Source: Malacoraja senta (Eukaryota). Taken from it: a stretch of DNA of 64,000 nucleotides. This document shows, piece by piece, positions 1 to 12,562 of this stretch. Position 1 is the stretch's first letter, and each line of letters opens with the position of its first letter. The notes below the pieces were generated by a model. The model worked only from the letters and a program-made list of their open reading frames with translations. It made no database searches and was not told the DNA's origin. The position numbers and the translations under genes are program-made. The stretch is taken from assembly GCA_038087875.1 (NCBI GenBank), contig CM075994.1, positions 6,636,001-6,700,000 on the forward strand, written 5' to 3'.

Positions 1-289
1 ACAGCCATAAACAGTGATTCTTTACTGCAAAAACTTCCATCCAATCCGACGTTGATATATTGTTTGGCTGCAGCTAAGGAGAGCTTGTCACCGCATTCAG
101 GCAAATGGCCAAATATATAGAAAACCAAATGGGACACTCCAACAGTTTATACCTGCTATTAGCCTCGTGTCCCCCTTTTCTCATTGAAATGGGTTGTTGT
201 GGAATTGGTCGATAAAATGGTTAGTTTTTTGACATGAGTCACTTTGTACTCACGAGCCGAAGGTTGTGGTTGATCATATAAACCTGGTT

Positions 290-1060
290 CAGCTCGTATC
301 TGTAATACCTAGACTAGCCTACTTGGGCCCAAGGACTTATTGGGGGAGGGGGGTCTGGTAAGGCCAAGGCAATGGGTTATCATTCTGGCATGGGTCATTT
401 TGTATTTCCTTGGCTGTGATTGATCATCTAAATCTCATTTTAGCTGGTACCTTTAATATCTAGGCAAGCCTAGATTGGCCCAAGGGTCCATTTAGGGGGT
501 CTGGTGGGCCCAATGCAGCAGATAATTGTGCTGTCAAAGGTCAATTTATGTTCCCCAAGCTGTGGTGGATCATTTAAGCTTGGTTTCAACTGGTACCCAC
601 AATATCTAGGCTAGCCAAGTTGGACAGCAGGGTCTAGGGTGTCCATTTTTGGGGTGTCTGGTACCTGTAGTGCAGCGGACTATTTGTCTGGCGTGACCCA
701 TTTTGTAGTCTGAATTCAGCTTGTTCATTTGGCATTATTTTTGAGTGGTACCTTGCTCATCTATATAGCCCATTTTTTAGGCCCTGTGTGGGGGATCTGG
801 CGGGCCTTTTGCAGCGGGAAAAATGTCTGCCGTTTGTGTTGTTGATATAGGCGTGGCAGTGAGCACACCATGGTAGTGGATTTAAGTGGTACCTCACTCA
901 TCTATTTAGCACCCATTTTTTGGCCCCTTGGGGGGGGGGGTCCCCCAGGTCTACACGCAGCGGGTGGTAACCGGCAGACTCCCAATTCCATTCATTTCAG
1001 GTGGCCCCACACTCCCATAATCAGACGTTGGTACCTAGTTCGCCTAAACCTAATGTCTCT
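290..1060. repeat. Degenerate tandem array, about 141-155 bp period, 5-6 units
   Basis: GGTACC anchor at 446, 592, 747, 888 and 1030 (CGTATC variant at 295), typically followed by ATCTA..(T)AGCC and GGGG(G)TCTGG motifs. Confidence 0.6.
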
Positions 1061-1169
1061 GGGCTGACGGTCTAAATGGTCTGTGGCTGGCGTATACTGT
1101 CATGAAACGAAATGATATGTTGGATGGTCAGTCTTTTACCCTAAGTAGGGGGATTGAGAATGTTGGGGT

Positions 1170-1415
1170 TTTGGTTTTAGGTGAAAGAGAAAAGATTTAA
1201 AACAAACATGAAGGACAACTTTGGTATTGGGTACATGGAACGAGCTGCCAGATGAGGTAGTTGAGTCGGGTACTGTAACAACATTTAAAAGATATTCAAA
1301 CAAATTTGTGGAGAGAAAAGTTTTAGAACTGTCTTGGCCAAATGCGGACAAGTGGAAATAGCGCAGATGGGGCGCCTTTGTTGGTATCTAACATGCCTTG
1401 CTGTATGACTCTATG
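1170..1415 (+). mobile_element. CR1 LINE 3' fragment
   Basis: TGGAACGAGCTGCCAGATGAGGTAGTTGAG (WNELPDEVVE) and tail CTGTATGACTCTATG. Confidence 0.6.
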
Positions 1416-1756
1416 AAGTCTGTCATTCTAAGTGGTGTTGCTGTCTGCTAGTTCTGGTGACCTGGTTCTATCCACTGAGGGTGAATGGACACATGAAATG
1501 GAATAGGTTGCAGGGAATTGTAGTGGGGAAATGGGAATGTTGTGTTTGTACATTACTTTCACATAATATTTCAGAATTATCAAGATGAGCACTTGAATTG
1601 CCAAGGTAATGAAAGCTATGAAATACATGTAAATGGGATTAGTGTAGATACGTACAGAGCCCAGCATGGACATGTTGGGTGGATTGCATATTTCTGTACG
1701 GCATATTTCACTAAAAAAATGACATAATATATTGATGCTCATCTTTCATCTGACAG

Positions 1757-1990
1757 GAAGCGTCACGCAACCTTCAGTCACTGATCACATCCCAGTTTTC
1801 TGAACTGCACCAGATTCTCACTGAGAAAGAGCAGCTCTTACTCGGTGATGTCCGGGAAGAAGAGGAGAAGATTGTAAAAACAATGGAGAAAAATCTTCAA
1901 GAGATACAAAATAATTTAAATTCCATTCAGGAGGAACTCTCAAAGTTACAGAAACAGACAGACCGCAAGGATGGCGTGATATTTCTAAAG
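1757..1990 (+). CDS. TRIM gene A (TRIM39/A33/NF7-like) coiled-coil exon, 234 nt, phase 0-0
   Basis: tgacag acceptor and gtgagg donor; open EASRNLQSLITSQFSELHQILTEKEQLL...MEKNLQEIQNNLNSIQEELSKLQKQTDRKDGVIFLK; typical 231/234-nt TRIM exon. Confidence 0.88.
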
Positions 1991-2389
1991 GTGAGGGGTT
2001 ACACTACAGTTGGTGAAGTGAAAGTGCTCAGTCACAAAATGGTGGGTTAAATTTCTGAAATAAATGCTGCATTTACCAGTAATTCAGTACTGGGTCAATG
2101 TTCTGTCTGTTCCATCTACTCACCACATCCGAAAATAATGCTCCAAATTCCAGGAATCCTCATGTATTTATCCCAATTCAACATAAATGTATCTGCAGTA
2201 TTGTCTTCAGGCCACCCTGCCACTTCCACGTTCTGTTTACTGCATTTCTTGTGGAATTTATTAAAGACCATCATACATTTCAGATTTATTTTTATTCTCC
2301 CCACAAGTAGAGATAATATTTCCAACCACCACCCATTTAAATCCGCTGCTGATCTTAAAAGGTTCCATCCCATTATCTCTGACATCTTA

Positions 2390-5300
2390 CAATAATAGAC
2401 AATAGTTGCAGCAGTAGGCCATTCGGCCCTTCAAACCAGTATCGCCATTCAATATGATCATGGCTGATCATCCGCAATCAGTACCCCGTTCCTGCCTTCT
2501 CGCCATATCCCCTGACTCCGCTATCTTTAAGAGCTCTATCTAACTCTCTCTTGAAAGCATCCAGAGAATTGGCCTCCACTGCCATCTGAGGCAAATAATT
2601 CCACAGCTTCACAACTCTCAGGGTGAAAATGTTTTTCCTCATCTCCGTTCTAAGTGGCCTTCCCCTTATTCTTAAACTGTGGCCCCTGGTTCTGGATTCC
2701 CCTAACATCGGGAACATGTTTCCTGCCTCCAGCGTGTCCAATCCTTTAATAATCTTATTTGTTTCAATAAGATCCCCCCTTATCCTTCTAAATTTCAGAG
2801 TATACACGTACAGCCGCTCCATTCTCTCAGCATATGACTGTCCCGCCATCCCGGGAATTACCTTTGTGAACCTATGCTGCACTTGCTCAATAGCAAGAAT
2901 ATCCTTCCTCAAATTTGGAGACCAAAACTGCACACAATACTCCAGGGGTGGTCTCACTTGGGCCCTGTACAACTGCAGAAGTACCTCTTTGTTTCTATAC
3001 TCAACTCCTCTTGTTATGAAGGCCAACATGGCATTAGCTTTCTTCACTGCCTGCTGTACCTGCATGCTTACTTTCAGTGACTGATGAATAAGGACCCCCA
3101 GATCACATTGTACTTCCCCTTTTCCCAACTTGCCACCATTCAGATAAAAATCTGCCTTCCTGTTTTTGCCACCAAAGTGGATAACCTCACATTTATCCAC
3201 ATTAAACTGCATCTGCCCACTCACCCAACCTGTCCAAATCACCCTGCATCCTCATAGCATCCTCCTCACAGTTCGCACTACCACCCAGCTTTGTGTCATC
3301 TGCAAATTTGCTAATGTTACTTTGAATCCTTTCATTTAAATCATTGATGTATATTGTAAATAGCTGCGGTCCCAGCACTGAGCCCTGCGGCACCCCTCTA
3401 GTCACTGCCTGCCATAATGAAAGGGACCTGTTCAACCCTATTCTTTGTTTCCTGTCTCCCAACCAATTTTCTATCCATGTCAGCACTCTACCCCCAATAC
3501 TATGTGCTCTAATCTTGCCCGCTAGTCTCCTATGTGGGACCTTATCAAATGCTTTCTAAAAGTCCAGGTAGACTTCATCTACTGGCTCTCCCTTGTCCAT
3601 TTTCCTAGTTACATCCTCAAAAAATTCCAGAAGATTCGTCAAGCATGATTTCCCTTTGGTAAATCCAAGCTGACTCGGACTGATCCTGTTACTGCTATTC
3701 AAATGTGCCGCTATTTCATCTTTTATAATTGACTCCAGCATCTTCCCCACCACCGATGTCAGGCTAACTGGTCTATAATTTCCTGTTTTCTCCCTCCCGC
3801 CATTCTTAAAAAGTGGGATAACATTTGTTACCGTCCAATCCACAGGAACTGATCTGGAATCTACAGAACATTGGAAAATGATCACCAATGCATCCACCAT
3901 TTCTGGAGCCACTTCCTTAAGTACCCTGGGTTGCAGATTTATCAGCCTTCAGTCCCATCAGTCTATCCAACACCATTTCCTGCCCAATGTGAATTTCCTT
4001 CTGTTCCTCCGTCACCCAAGGTCCTCAGGCCACTAGTACATCAGGGAGATTGTTTGTGCCTTCCTTAGTGAAGACGGATCCAAAGTACCTATTCAACTCG
4101 TCTGCCATTTCCTTGTTGCCCATTGCATTCTTGGCAGCTTACCTTCGTTCCTTATCTCCCCCCACCCCCCGTATCCCAATCCTCAGGCTTCCCGCTCATC
4201 TTTGCTATGTTATACTTCTCTTTTATTTTTATACTGTCCTTGGCTTTCCTTGTCAGCCATGGTCGCCTCTTACTCTCCTTGGAATCTTTCTTCCTCCTTG
4301 GAATGAACCTTCTGTATTATCCCCAGAAATACCTGCCATTATTGTTCCACTGTCATTCCTGCTAGGGTATCTTTCCAGTCAACTTGGGCCAGCTCCTCCC
4401 TCATGGCTCCATAGTCCCCTTTGTTCAACTGTAATACTGACAATTCTGATTCTCCCTTCTCACTCTCAAAATTTAGAATGAAACTTATCAAATCATGGTC
4501 ACTATCTCCCAATGGCTCCTTTACCTCGAGTTCCCTTATCAAATCCGGTTAGTTACACAATACTAAATTCAGAATTGCCTTCTCCCTGGAAACTCCACAA
4601 ACTCCCTTTCTTGGGGTCCAGCACCAACCTGATTTTCCCAGTCTACATGCATATTGAAATCTCCTATAACAACCGTAGCATTAACTTTGCGACATGCCAA
4701 TTTTAACTCTTGATTCATCTTGCAACCTATATCCTGGCTACTGTTTGGGAGCCTGTAGATAACTCCCATTAGGGTCTTTTTACCTTTACAATTCCTCAGT
4801 TCTATCCATACTGACTATACTGTACATCGCCTGATTCTATACCACTGCTCGCCAGCGACTGAATTTCATTCCTCACCAACAGAGCTACCCCACCCCCTTT
4901 GACCACCTGTCTGTCTTTGCGATAGGACGTATACCCTTACATATTCAGTTCCCAGCCCTGGTCCTCTTGCAGCCATGTCTCTGTAATTCCCACAACATCA
5001 TACTTATCAATTTCTAACTGAGCCTCAAGCTCATCCACTTTATTTCTTATACTTCGTGCATTCATATATAATACACTAGACTAAGTGGGACACGTTGGGT
5101 TCCATGTTCACATGGGAGTGACGGTCCGCCAATGCAATATTCCACCTCGCCACCAATTCCAATATTGGGGGGGGGGGGAGCTTTCTGGAGCGCTAGTTTG
5201 GGTACTGTGGGCCGAAGGGACAAGTTTCCAGAGGACTAGTATGGACATTGTGGGCCGAAGAGATTCTTGGGCTGGCAGCTCAGTCACTCAGGCCTGGTGG

Positions 5301-6330
5301 GCTGGCAGCTCAGTCACTCAGGCCTCGTAGGCTGGCAGCTCAGTCACTCCGGCCTGGTGGGCTGGCAGCTCAGTCACTCAGGGCGGGTGGGCTGGCAGCT
5401 CAGTCACTCAAGCTGGTGGGCTGGACTCTCAGGGCTGGTGGGCTCCAGTTCAGTTAGTCAGGGCTGGTGGCCTGGCAGATCAGTCACTCAGGGCTGGTGG
5501 GCTGGCAGTTCACTCACGGCTATTCCTTGAAATTCCATTTCAAGCAGAGTGCAGGCCACCAAATTCAATTTCACAGCATTTCAAGCAGAGTGCAGGCCAC
5601 CAAGTTCAACTTCATAGCATTTCAAGCAGAGTGCAGGCCACCAAATTCATTTTCATCGCATTTCAAGCAGAGTGCAGGTCACCAAGTTCAATTCCATAGC
5701 ATTTCAAGCATAGTGCAGGCTACCAACTGACTCACATCCAGGCATCCCGGGTTCCATAGTCCTGCCCCCCCCCCCCCCCGGAAGGGGCGTTACCTTCATC
5801 GTGGTGATTGACAGACGAGAGAACCAATCAGCTGACCTCAATTTTTAAAAAACATTCATAACTTTTTTATTTTTCATCAATCGTAAAAATCCTCGGGGCT
5901 GCCTCAGCGGAGGAGAACTGTGAGCAAGATGGCCAAAAACCATAGTGATATATGGTAGCATACTTTTTTAAATCAATATACAGCGCAGATAGGAATTGGT
6001 CAAGATGAGAATTTTAATTATATAGATTTAATCCAGTACTCCCCTCACCTTTCACATTGATTCCCATTTCACTTGGCCTTACTCTCCTATCCCATCCTTG
6101 GCGTTTTGCCCGGTTAATTCTGGTGTCTTAACTTTTCTTCTACTCTCTTTCCCTTATATCTCCATTTTGTCTCCTCCCTTCTCCAGATAAAATCTCACGA
6201 CCTGCCCGGTCATACTCGTAAGTTGCATACTCACAGTTATTTTCATCAACATTCCTAATGCTTTCCCCCTTGTTTGATATCTATGACAATATCCATTTTC
6301 TGTCTGAGTGACAGCAGCAAAGAGTTGGGA
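2390..6330 (-). mobile_element. Degenerate CR1 LINE (APE endonuclease + RT), interrupted by a Helitron at 5076-6026
   Basis: ORF pieces GVIYRLPN..IGDFN, GDSDH, GNYRPVSLTS, GVPQGSVLGP, FADD, LEYCVQFWSP; CR1 3' UTR with ATTGTCT-type tail; 5' limit approximate. Confidence 0.9.
5076..6026 (-). mobile_element. Non-autonomous Helitron with internal minisatellites
   Basis: Minus strand reads A|TCTATATAATT...imperfect GGAACCC-AAC-GTGTCCC hairpin...CTAG|T; no TSD; contains 30-bp (5270-5520) and about 38-bp (5538-5727) tandem units. Confidence 0.85.
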
Positions 6331-6437
6331 AATGTGAATTAGCAGAGGGTCTTTTGTAGCAATTTGGTGAAATACCCGCTGTCGGGATCATGACAATAGA
6401 CATCCATCTATTGAGATCTGTGTTTTATTTATTTCAG

Positions 6438-6460
6438 GAGGAAGCTGGTCGCAAGAGCAG
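6438..6460 (+). CDS. TRIM gene A 23-nt micro-exon (EEAGRKS-R)
   Basis: tttatttcag acceptor and gtagga donor; 23 nt, phase 0-2, canonical for TRIM-SPRY genes. Confidence 0.85.
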
Positions 6461-6558
6461 GTAGGACATGCTTTTGATTGAAACAATGTATGTTTTTATA
6501 GTACAGTTCAAAAAAACAGCTAATGCTCAGTTTCTAACCAGCTGTTAAATATTTGCAG

Positions 6559-6677
6559 GTTTAGTGATGAAACCAAACCAATGTTGGTGGTAAATGGCGC
6601 GTTGCCCATTGATAACTATGATCGCATCTTTTTCTATAATGTGGCATTGAGAGAAACATCTCATATCATCAAACGAG
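6559..6677 (+). CDS. TRIM gene A linker exon, 119 nt, phase 2-1
   Basis: atttgcag acceptor and gtaaaa donor; FSDETKPMLVVNGALPIDNYDRIFFYNVALRETSHIIKR; phases compatible with both neighbours. Confidence 0.82.
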
Positions 6678-6759
6678 GTAAAACTAATACCTTTTCCATT
6701 GTTCTTTTTTAAGATATCTTTATGCAATACTTATATGTGAGGATTAATGGCACTAATAG

Positions 6760-7790
6760 ACTCTGGGGAAAGCATCACAAAGACAAAGCAAAGATTGTTT
6801 GCACTTGAACAGATCCTTGTGCCTGGGAGAATGGGTTTACTGTGCTGGGTGAAATTGCATAGACTAGGCCTGTGTACTTGAAAGTTCAGGTGTATTAAAG
6901 GAGATCTCTGAAACACAAAGTCCTTACGGGACTCAGTGGGCTGGATGCAGGGAGGATGTTTCCCCTGTCTGAGGGGGTCTGGAGCCAGCGGAAACCCTCT
7001 CAGAATGTGGGCTGGACCATTTAGGACAGAGACAAGGGGACATTACTGCACGCAGAGACTGGGCAACCTTTGAAATTTCCTGCACTGGTGGCTGTGGATA
7101 ATCAGTCATTCAGTGCTTTTGGAACCAGAGAGCCATGGATTCTACATTACAGAGACAGGCCCTTTGGCCCATGGCGTCCATGTCCACCCTTTTTCCCAGC
7201 CACACAAAGCCCATTTTTCCACATTAAAACCGTATTAATCTGCACCTCGTTTGTTAAATTGCAATGCCTCTTAGATGTTGTGATTACATATGATTCCACC
7301 ACCTCCTCTGGTAAAATATTCCATATCTCAACCACTTTCTGTGTGTGAAGAAAACTCGGCACTCAGATCCACTTTAAAACTGCATCCTCTCGTGTTAAAA
7401 GTGCGCCCTCCAGTTTTCATATCGCTGTATGAACATAGGGTTCCGAAGATCTAGCCTCTATCCTGCTGCAGACTTTGATCTCCTTCCTCGCTATCCATAA
7501 CATTTCCCGTACTCGACAACTTACTAGACACACCTCCAACATTCACATCCAAGCCATGAAAACATAAAATAAACAGCAAAGGTTGCAGCATCGATCTCTG
7601 AGTCACCAGATTTCCAAGCAGAACAATCATCCTTCCACCGTTACCTTGTACCTCAAACCACCAAGCCAATTTTGGTACATTTAACCAGCTCGTTTGGATC
7701 CCACTTTCATTCGTTTTCTGGACCAGACTTACATGCGGAACTTTGTCAACTCCAACAGTGAAGTTCATATATTGGTTCACAATGAGATCA
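6760..7790. mobile_element. Old CR1 LINE fragments in both orientations
   Basis: + strand GGATGCAGGGAGGATGTTTCCCCTG; - strand WNILPEEVVE and DKVPH remnants. Confidence 0.55.
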
Positions 7791-8318
7791 GAGTGTTCTT
7801 GGTTGTACAGACGCATCAAATCCACCCTCCTCTAAAGAAAGCAAGTAAACAGTAGCAGATTGCCAGTCCAGTCCACTCCCATTCAGTATAATCACGGCAA
7901 CTCCACCCCACATCTCTACAACCCCTTTAACAACCCTTAATTACCACTCACATCCGTCTCTTCATCTTCCAATCTGCCTCTCCCTCGCCATCTACTGGCA
8001 AGATATTTGAATACCTGCCTTATTTCTCCATCTCCACTCGCAACCTCTCGTTCATCATCACTTTCCACATTTGTTATACCCCGTCCGCACGGACCATCCT
8101 CTCTCGTTCCCGATAACCCGCGAAATTCCCCCTCTCCATCACGGTGAAAAACAAAAAGACGTTTGATGTGGTTGGAGGTGAAACCCCGGGCAAGGTTTCA
8201 GTTGTCCGCCCGCCTGTGTCTGAGGCCGAGCGGCTTCTCCCCCGATCCCGGGGCCGCGCTGCCCGAGTCTCCCCCCCCTACCCCCGGGGTCTCTCTGATT
8301 CTCTGCTTCTCCCCCCAG

Positions 8319-8981
8319 TCTCAGTCACCCTGGATGTGGAAACAGCGCATCCGAGGCTCGAGGTGTCCGAGGATCGGAAGTGGGTCAGATGTACCGGGAT
8401 CGAGAGGAGTCTCCCTGACACCGGGAAGAGGTTTACAGGCAGTACGTGTGTGCTGGGATCGGAGGGATTCACATCGGCGAGAAATTACTGGAGGTGGAGA
8501 TGGCGGGGAGTTGTGGCTGGGGTCTGGGAGTTGCCGCAGAGTCTGTAGAGAGGAAAGGAGAGGACGACCTGACCCCGGAGACTGGAGTCTGGAGCATCGG
8601 GCGGTGGGATGATGAGTTTGATGCACTCACCTCCCCTCTATCCCCTCTCCCTGCCCGTCCATCCCCGGGAGGGTGGGTGTTTATCTCAGTTACGAGTCCG
8701 GGACAGTTTCATTTTACGACGCGGACACCAAGTCTCATCTCCACACCTTCACTGGGAATAAATTCACGGAGAAACTTTATCCTTACTTCTGGACTTGGGA
8801 TGAAGAATCTGAGTGGCTGAGAATCTGCTCCGGTTCCGCTTTCGGGTGTAAAAGAGTTGGGTCCCGGACCGGCGTCAGGAGCGGGGCTGAGTGGCTGTGG
8901 GGCAGAAACCCGGTGGACACAGCTCGGCGCTGCACGGGGTCCCATTTAATCCCCAAATTCCGCGTGATAAAACCCCAGTGA
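8319..8981 (+). pseudogene. TRIM gene A terminal PRY/SPRY (B30.2) exon with two -1 frameshifts
   Basis: ctccccccag acceptor; VSVTLDVETAHPRLEVSED..RF..CVLGSEGFTS..YW / EVE..WGLGVA..GVWSI / [26 protein letters not shown] split across three frames at 8490-8491 and 8659-8660. Confidence 0.85.
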
Positions 8982-8988
8982 GCGCGGA

Positions 8989-9031
8989 AATAAAACCAGG
9001 GGGAATGTAAATGTAGGAAGAGTGAAATAAA
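8989..9031 (+). terminator. Candidate polyadenylation signals of TRIM gene A
   Basis: AATAAA at 8989-8994 and 9026-9031, directly after the SPRY exon. Confidence 0.5.
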
Positions 9032-9822
9032 CAGCAACTGAAATCAGAGCTGTCGATCCGTTCATTTTAACGCGTCCGTCAATGCAACAGAAATACTTTT
9101 GTGAAAATATAGGAGAATTGCACATAAGGTCATCGGGTCAAAGGGCGTGACGCACAATGCCACTCAATCCATCTGGAGGACATGGCAGCTTCCGGCATAC
9201 ACTGTTAATACATGAATCGCATACTTACCTGTTAAAATCCGCTGAAATGGTCAATTTATGCGCTGTAAATAATTGTGGAGGGTGACTGAGCGCTCTGAAC
9301 CAAATGCTCTCGTATCTTTGCTCTGAACCCAAGCACCAAAGTGTAAGCGGCTGAAGGAGCGCATCCCTCGGGACAGCCCCCACTCTCCCCCTGGGGTCAG
9401 CGCCATGACAATCTGGACCCTCCGCCCACCCAGTCACTGACCCCCATGGCCCCACCGACCACCGCCCCCTCCGACCACCCGGCAACGTCCCCGTCAGCTG
9501 CAGCAGAGTTGGGACAGACTGGTCCCTCCGTCCACCCAGATTCACTGACCGCACTGCATCGGCATCCCGGCCTCCTCCTCGACCACTACTCCCCCCCCCC
9601 CCGGACCACCTACCACCCCCCCCCCCCCCACCTGACCACACAGCAACGTCTCCGTCAGCTGCAGCAGAGTTGGGGACAATCTGGTCCCTCCGTCCACCTA
9701 GAGTCCACTGACCGCGCTGCACCGGTACCCACACCCGCCTCCTCCCCCTGACCTCCCCCTCCTACCTCCAGCCCCGACCGCGGCGATAGACAGCCCGGGG
9801 TCCGCGAGTGCGGAACCAGTCA

Positions 9823-10572
9823 AGAGGCTGTCCCACGGCGGCGACCTAATCTGCGAGTTCAGAAGAGTGTCTTCGACCTTCAAGCTTGAGGGCAGTCGCC
9901 TGGAAATTGTCGAGCTGGATCGACCGTCAGCGATGAAGCCGCAAGCTGGATCGACCGACCGTACATGCACAACGCACACAAACACGTCGCAAAGGCTGGG
10001 GTCAGGGAAAGTGGGGGAGCGCTGTCTGTAATTCACACCTGCGATGAAGAGGAAGGTAATAGATGGCTGCACAGTGTCTGGTAAGTCCTTTAGAGAGCGC
10101 GGGCGGGGGGGGGGGGGGGGAGAGAACGGGAGAGAAGGGGAGAAGGAGTGGAGACACTTTTAAGAAGTCAGACAACTTATAATAAAGTTTAGCGGGCATT
10201 TAACCAAACGGTCAGTTTTCCTTGGTCCTGAAAACTCCAATGAGCCAATCATAATGCCCAGTCAGCTAAGGAGATTGCCTACGGCTGCCCTCGACTGTCT
10301 GTAAATACGTAACAACCCCACTCCACTGCACTATGAGTCAAAAAGAACCATGCCGACCAAATTTTACTCGCGGAAAATTTTTCAACCTGCTGAAAAATTT
10401 TCCGCAGCTTAGCTGAGGCCACGAGTATTCGGGAACTTCCCTTGTGCATGAAGGAGAGTTCCAGTGACCTCATAGAACCTCCTAGGACCACGTGTCGACC
10501 ATGCTGCGAGTTTGAGTCGAGGGCAAACTCTTCCAAACTCACAGATTAGGTCGCCGCAGTGGGACAGCCCCT
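9823..10572. mobile_element. PIF/Harbinger-type MITE
   Basis: TIR AGAGGCTGTCCCAC.GCGGCGACCTAATCTG / CAGATTAGGTCGCCGCAGTGGGACAGCCCCT; 3-bp TSD TCA at 9820-9822 and 10573-10575. Confidence 0.85.
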
Positions 10573-10627
10573 TCAGCGTGGAGACAGAAGACAGGCCCAT
10601 TACACTGGAAGCCATGGTCAGTGCTTA

Positions 10628-12562
10628 AGCGACCTAATAGGACCAGCACTTGGGCGACCTAATCTGTGAGTTTAGAAGAGTTTGCCCTCGACCTTCAAAC
10701 TCACAGCATGGTCAACAAGTGGTCCTAGGAGGTCCTATGAAGTCGCTGGATCTCTCGTTCATGCTCGATGGAAGTTCCCGAATAATCGCGTCCTCAGCTA
10801 GGTCGCGGAAAAATTTTCAGCATGTTGAAACATTTTCCGCGGGTAAAATTTGGTTGGCATGGTTCTTTTTAACGCGTAGTGCAGTGGAGTGGGGTCGCTA
10901 CTTAGTTACAGGCAGTCAAGGGCAGCTGTAGGTAATCTTCGCTGACTGGGCATTTTGATTGGCTCATTGGAGTTTTCAGGACCAAGGAAAACACCCGGTA
11001 ACTTAAATGCTCGCTAACTTTATTATCTATATTACTGAAAGTCTGATCTTGCCGACTTCCTGTTGTTCTGTATATTGATTTAGAAAAAACGCTGCCACTT
11101 ACGGCTGTGATTTTTGGCCATCTTGAGTAAGGACAAGAGGATTTTTCCCATCGATGAAAAATAAAAGAGTTATTAGTGTTTAAAAAATGTTGAGATTCTC
11201 TCTCCTGAAGGCCACGCCCCTTCTGGAGGACTATAAAACCCGGAAGTGTTGAGTGCCTCAGTCAGTCTCTGCAAGATGGGGCGAGAGGGTCACGTCTCTC
11301 AGTCTGAGCTGTGAATAACACTGAACACATGTCTACTAAACTGAGTGGTTTTACTGACCTGTCAGTGCCCTTAATGTGGTTTGAAAATATAGTTTGGAAA
11401 TGCTAAAGCTGTGTTGCCTTTGGTTTGGAAATGCTAAAGCTGTGTTGGCTTTGGTTTGGAAAAGCTAACGCTGTGTTGCCTTTGGTTTGGAAATTCTAAA
11501 GCTGTGTTGCCTAAGTAAAGTTGCCTTGCTAAATTAAAGTTGCCTTGCCTAATTAAAGTTGCCTTGCCTTCTATATAATTAAAGGTCTAATCTTGACCAC
11601 TTCTCTTTTGCGCTTTATATTGATTTTATAAAAAACGCTACCACGTACGGCTGTGATTTTTGGCCATCTTACTCAGTCCCCCTCCGCTCATCAGGTGCCG
11701 AGGAATTTTCCCATCGATGAAAAATAAAGAGTTATTAGTGTTAAAAAAATGTTGGGATTCTCTCTCCTGTCAATCACGCCATGAAGGCCACGCCCCTTCT
11801 GGTGGGAGGGACTATAAAAACCCAGAAGTGTGTGGTAGCTCAGTCTCTGCAAGATGGAGGAGGGAGAGGTCACGACTCGCTGTCTTTAGTGGCCTTGCAC
11901 CCTGCTTGAAATGGTATGAAACTGCACTTGAATTTGGTGGCCTTGCACCCTGCTTGAAATGGAATTTCAAGGAATAGCCATGAGTCAACTGCCAGCCCAC
12001 CAGCCGTGAGTGAGTGAGCTGCCAGCACATCAGGCTTGAGTGACTGAGCCGCCAGCCCAAGATTCCATTTGGCCCACAATATCCATACTAGCCCTCTGGA
12101 AACCAGTCCCTTCAGCCCACAACACCCATACTAGCGCTCCAGAAAGCCCCCCTCTACCCCAACTGGACACCAATATTGGAATTGGTGGAGAGGTGGAATA
12201 TTGCGTTGGGGGACCAGCCCTCCCATGTGATGCTGGGACCCAACGGGTCCCACTTGGTCTAGTACTTCTTAAAAGTGTCTCCACTCCTTCTCTCCCCCTC
12301 CTCTAAAGGACTTGCCGTAACGTAACTGTGTAGCCGTTTTACCTTCCTCTTCATCGCGGATGTGAATTTCAGACATGGCTCCCCCGCTTTCCCTGGCCCC
12401 CGCTTTTGCGATGTGTTTGTCTGTATGTGTGTGCGGTCCAGCTCGCGGTTTCAACGCTGACGGTCGATCCAGATCGAAGCTTTCCAGGCGACCGCCCTCG
12501 AGCTTGAAGGTCGAAGACACACTTCTTAACTCGCAGATTATGTTGCCCAAGTGGGACAGCCC
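10628..12562. mobile_element. Second copy of the same Harbinger MITE, inverted and split by a Helitron
   Basis: TTA TSD at 10625-10627 and 12563-12565; body is the reverse complement of 9823-10572 on both sides of 11026-12262; left TIR rearranged. Confidence 0.8.
11026..12262 (+). mobile_element. Non-autonomous Helitron with a duplicated 5' module
   Basis: A|TCTATATTAC...TGGGACCC-AAC-GGGTCCCA hairpin...CTAG|T; second TCTATATAATT 5' end at 11570; 30-bp and 19-bp minisatellites at 11390-11570. Confidence 0.9.

Noticed and set aside
1575..1605. AG/GT-bounded segment as a possible TRIM A exon 2
   Set aside because: 31 nt with wrong phase and no similarity to the expected 96-nt exon; the RING and B-box exons probably lie upstream of the window
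5248..5730. Regular 30-38 bp repeats resembling a CRISPR array or repeat protein
   Set aside because: Contiguous tandem units without unique spacers, inside a Helitron; no cas genes; eukaryotic context
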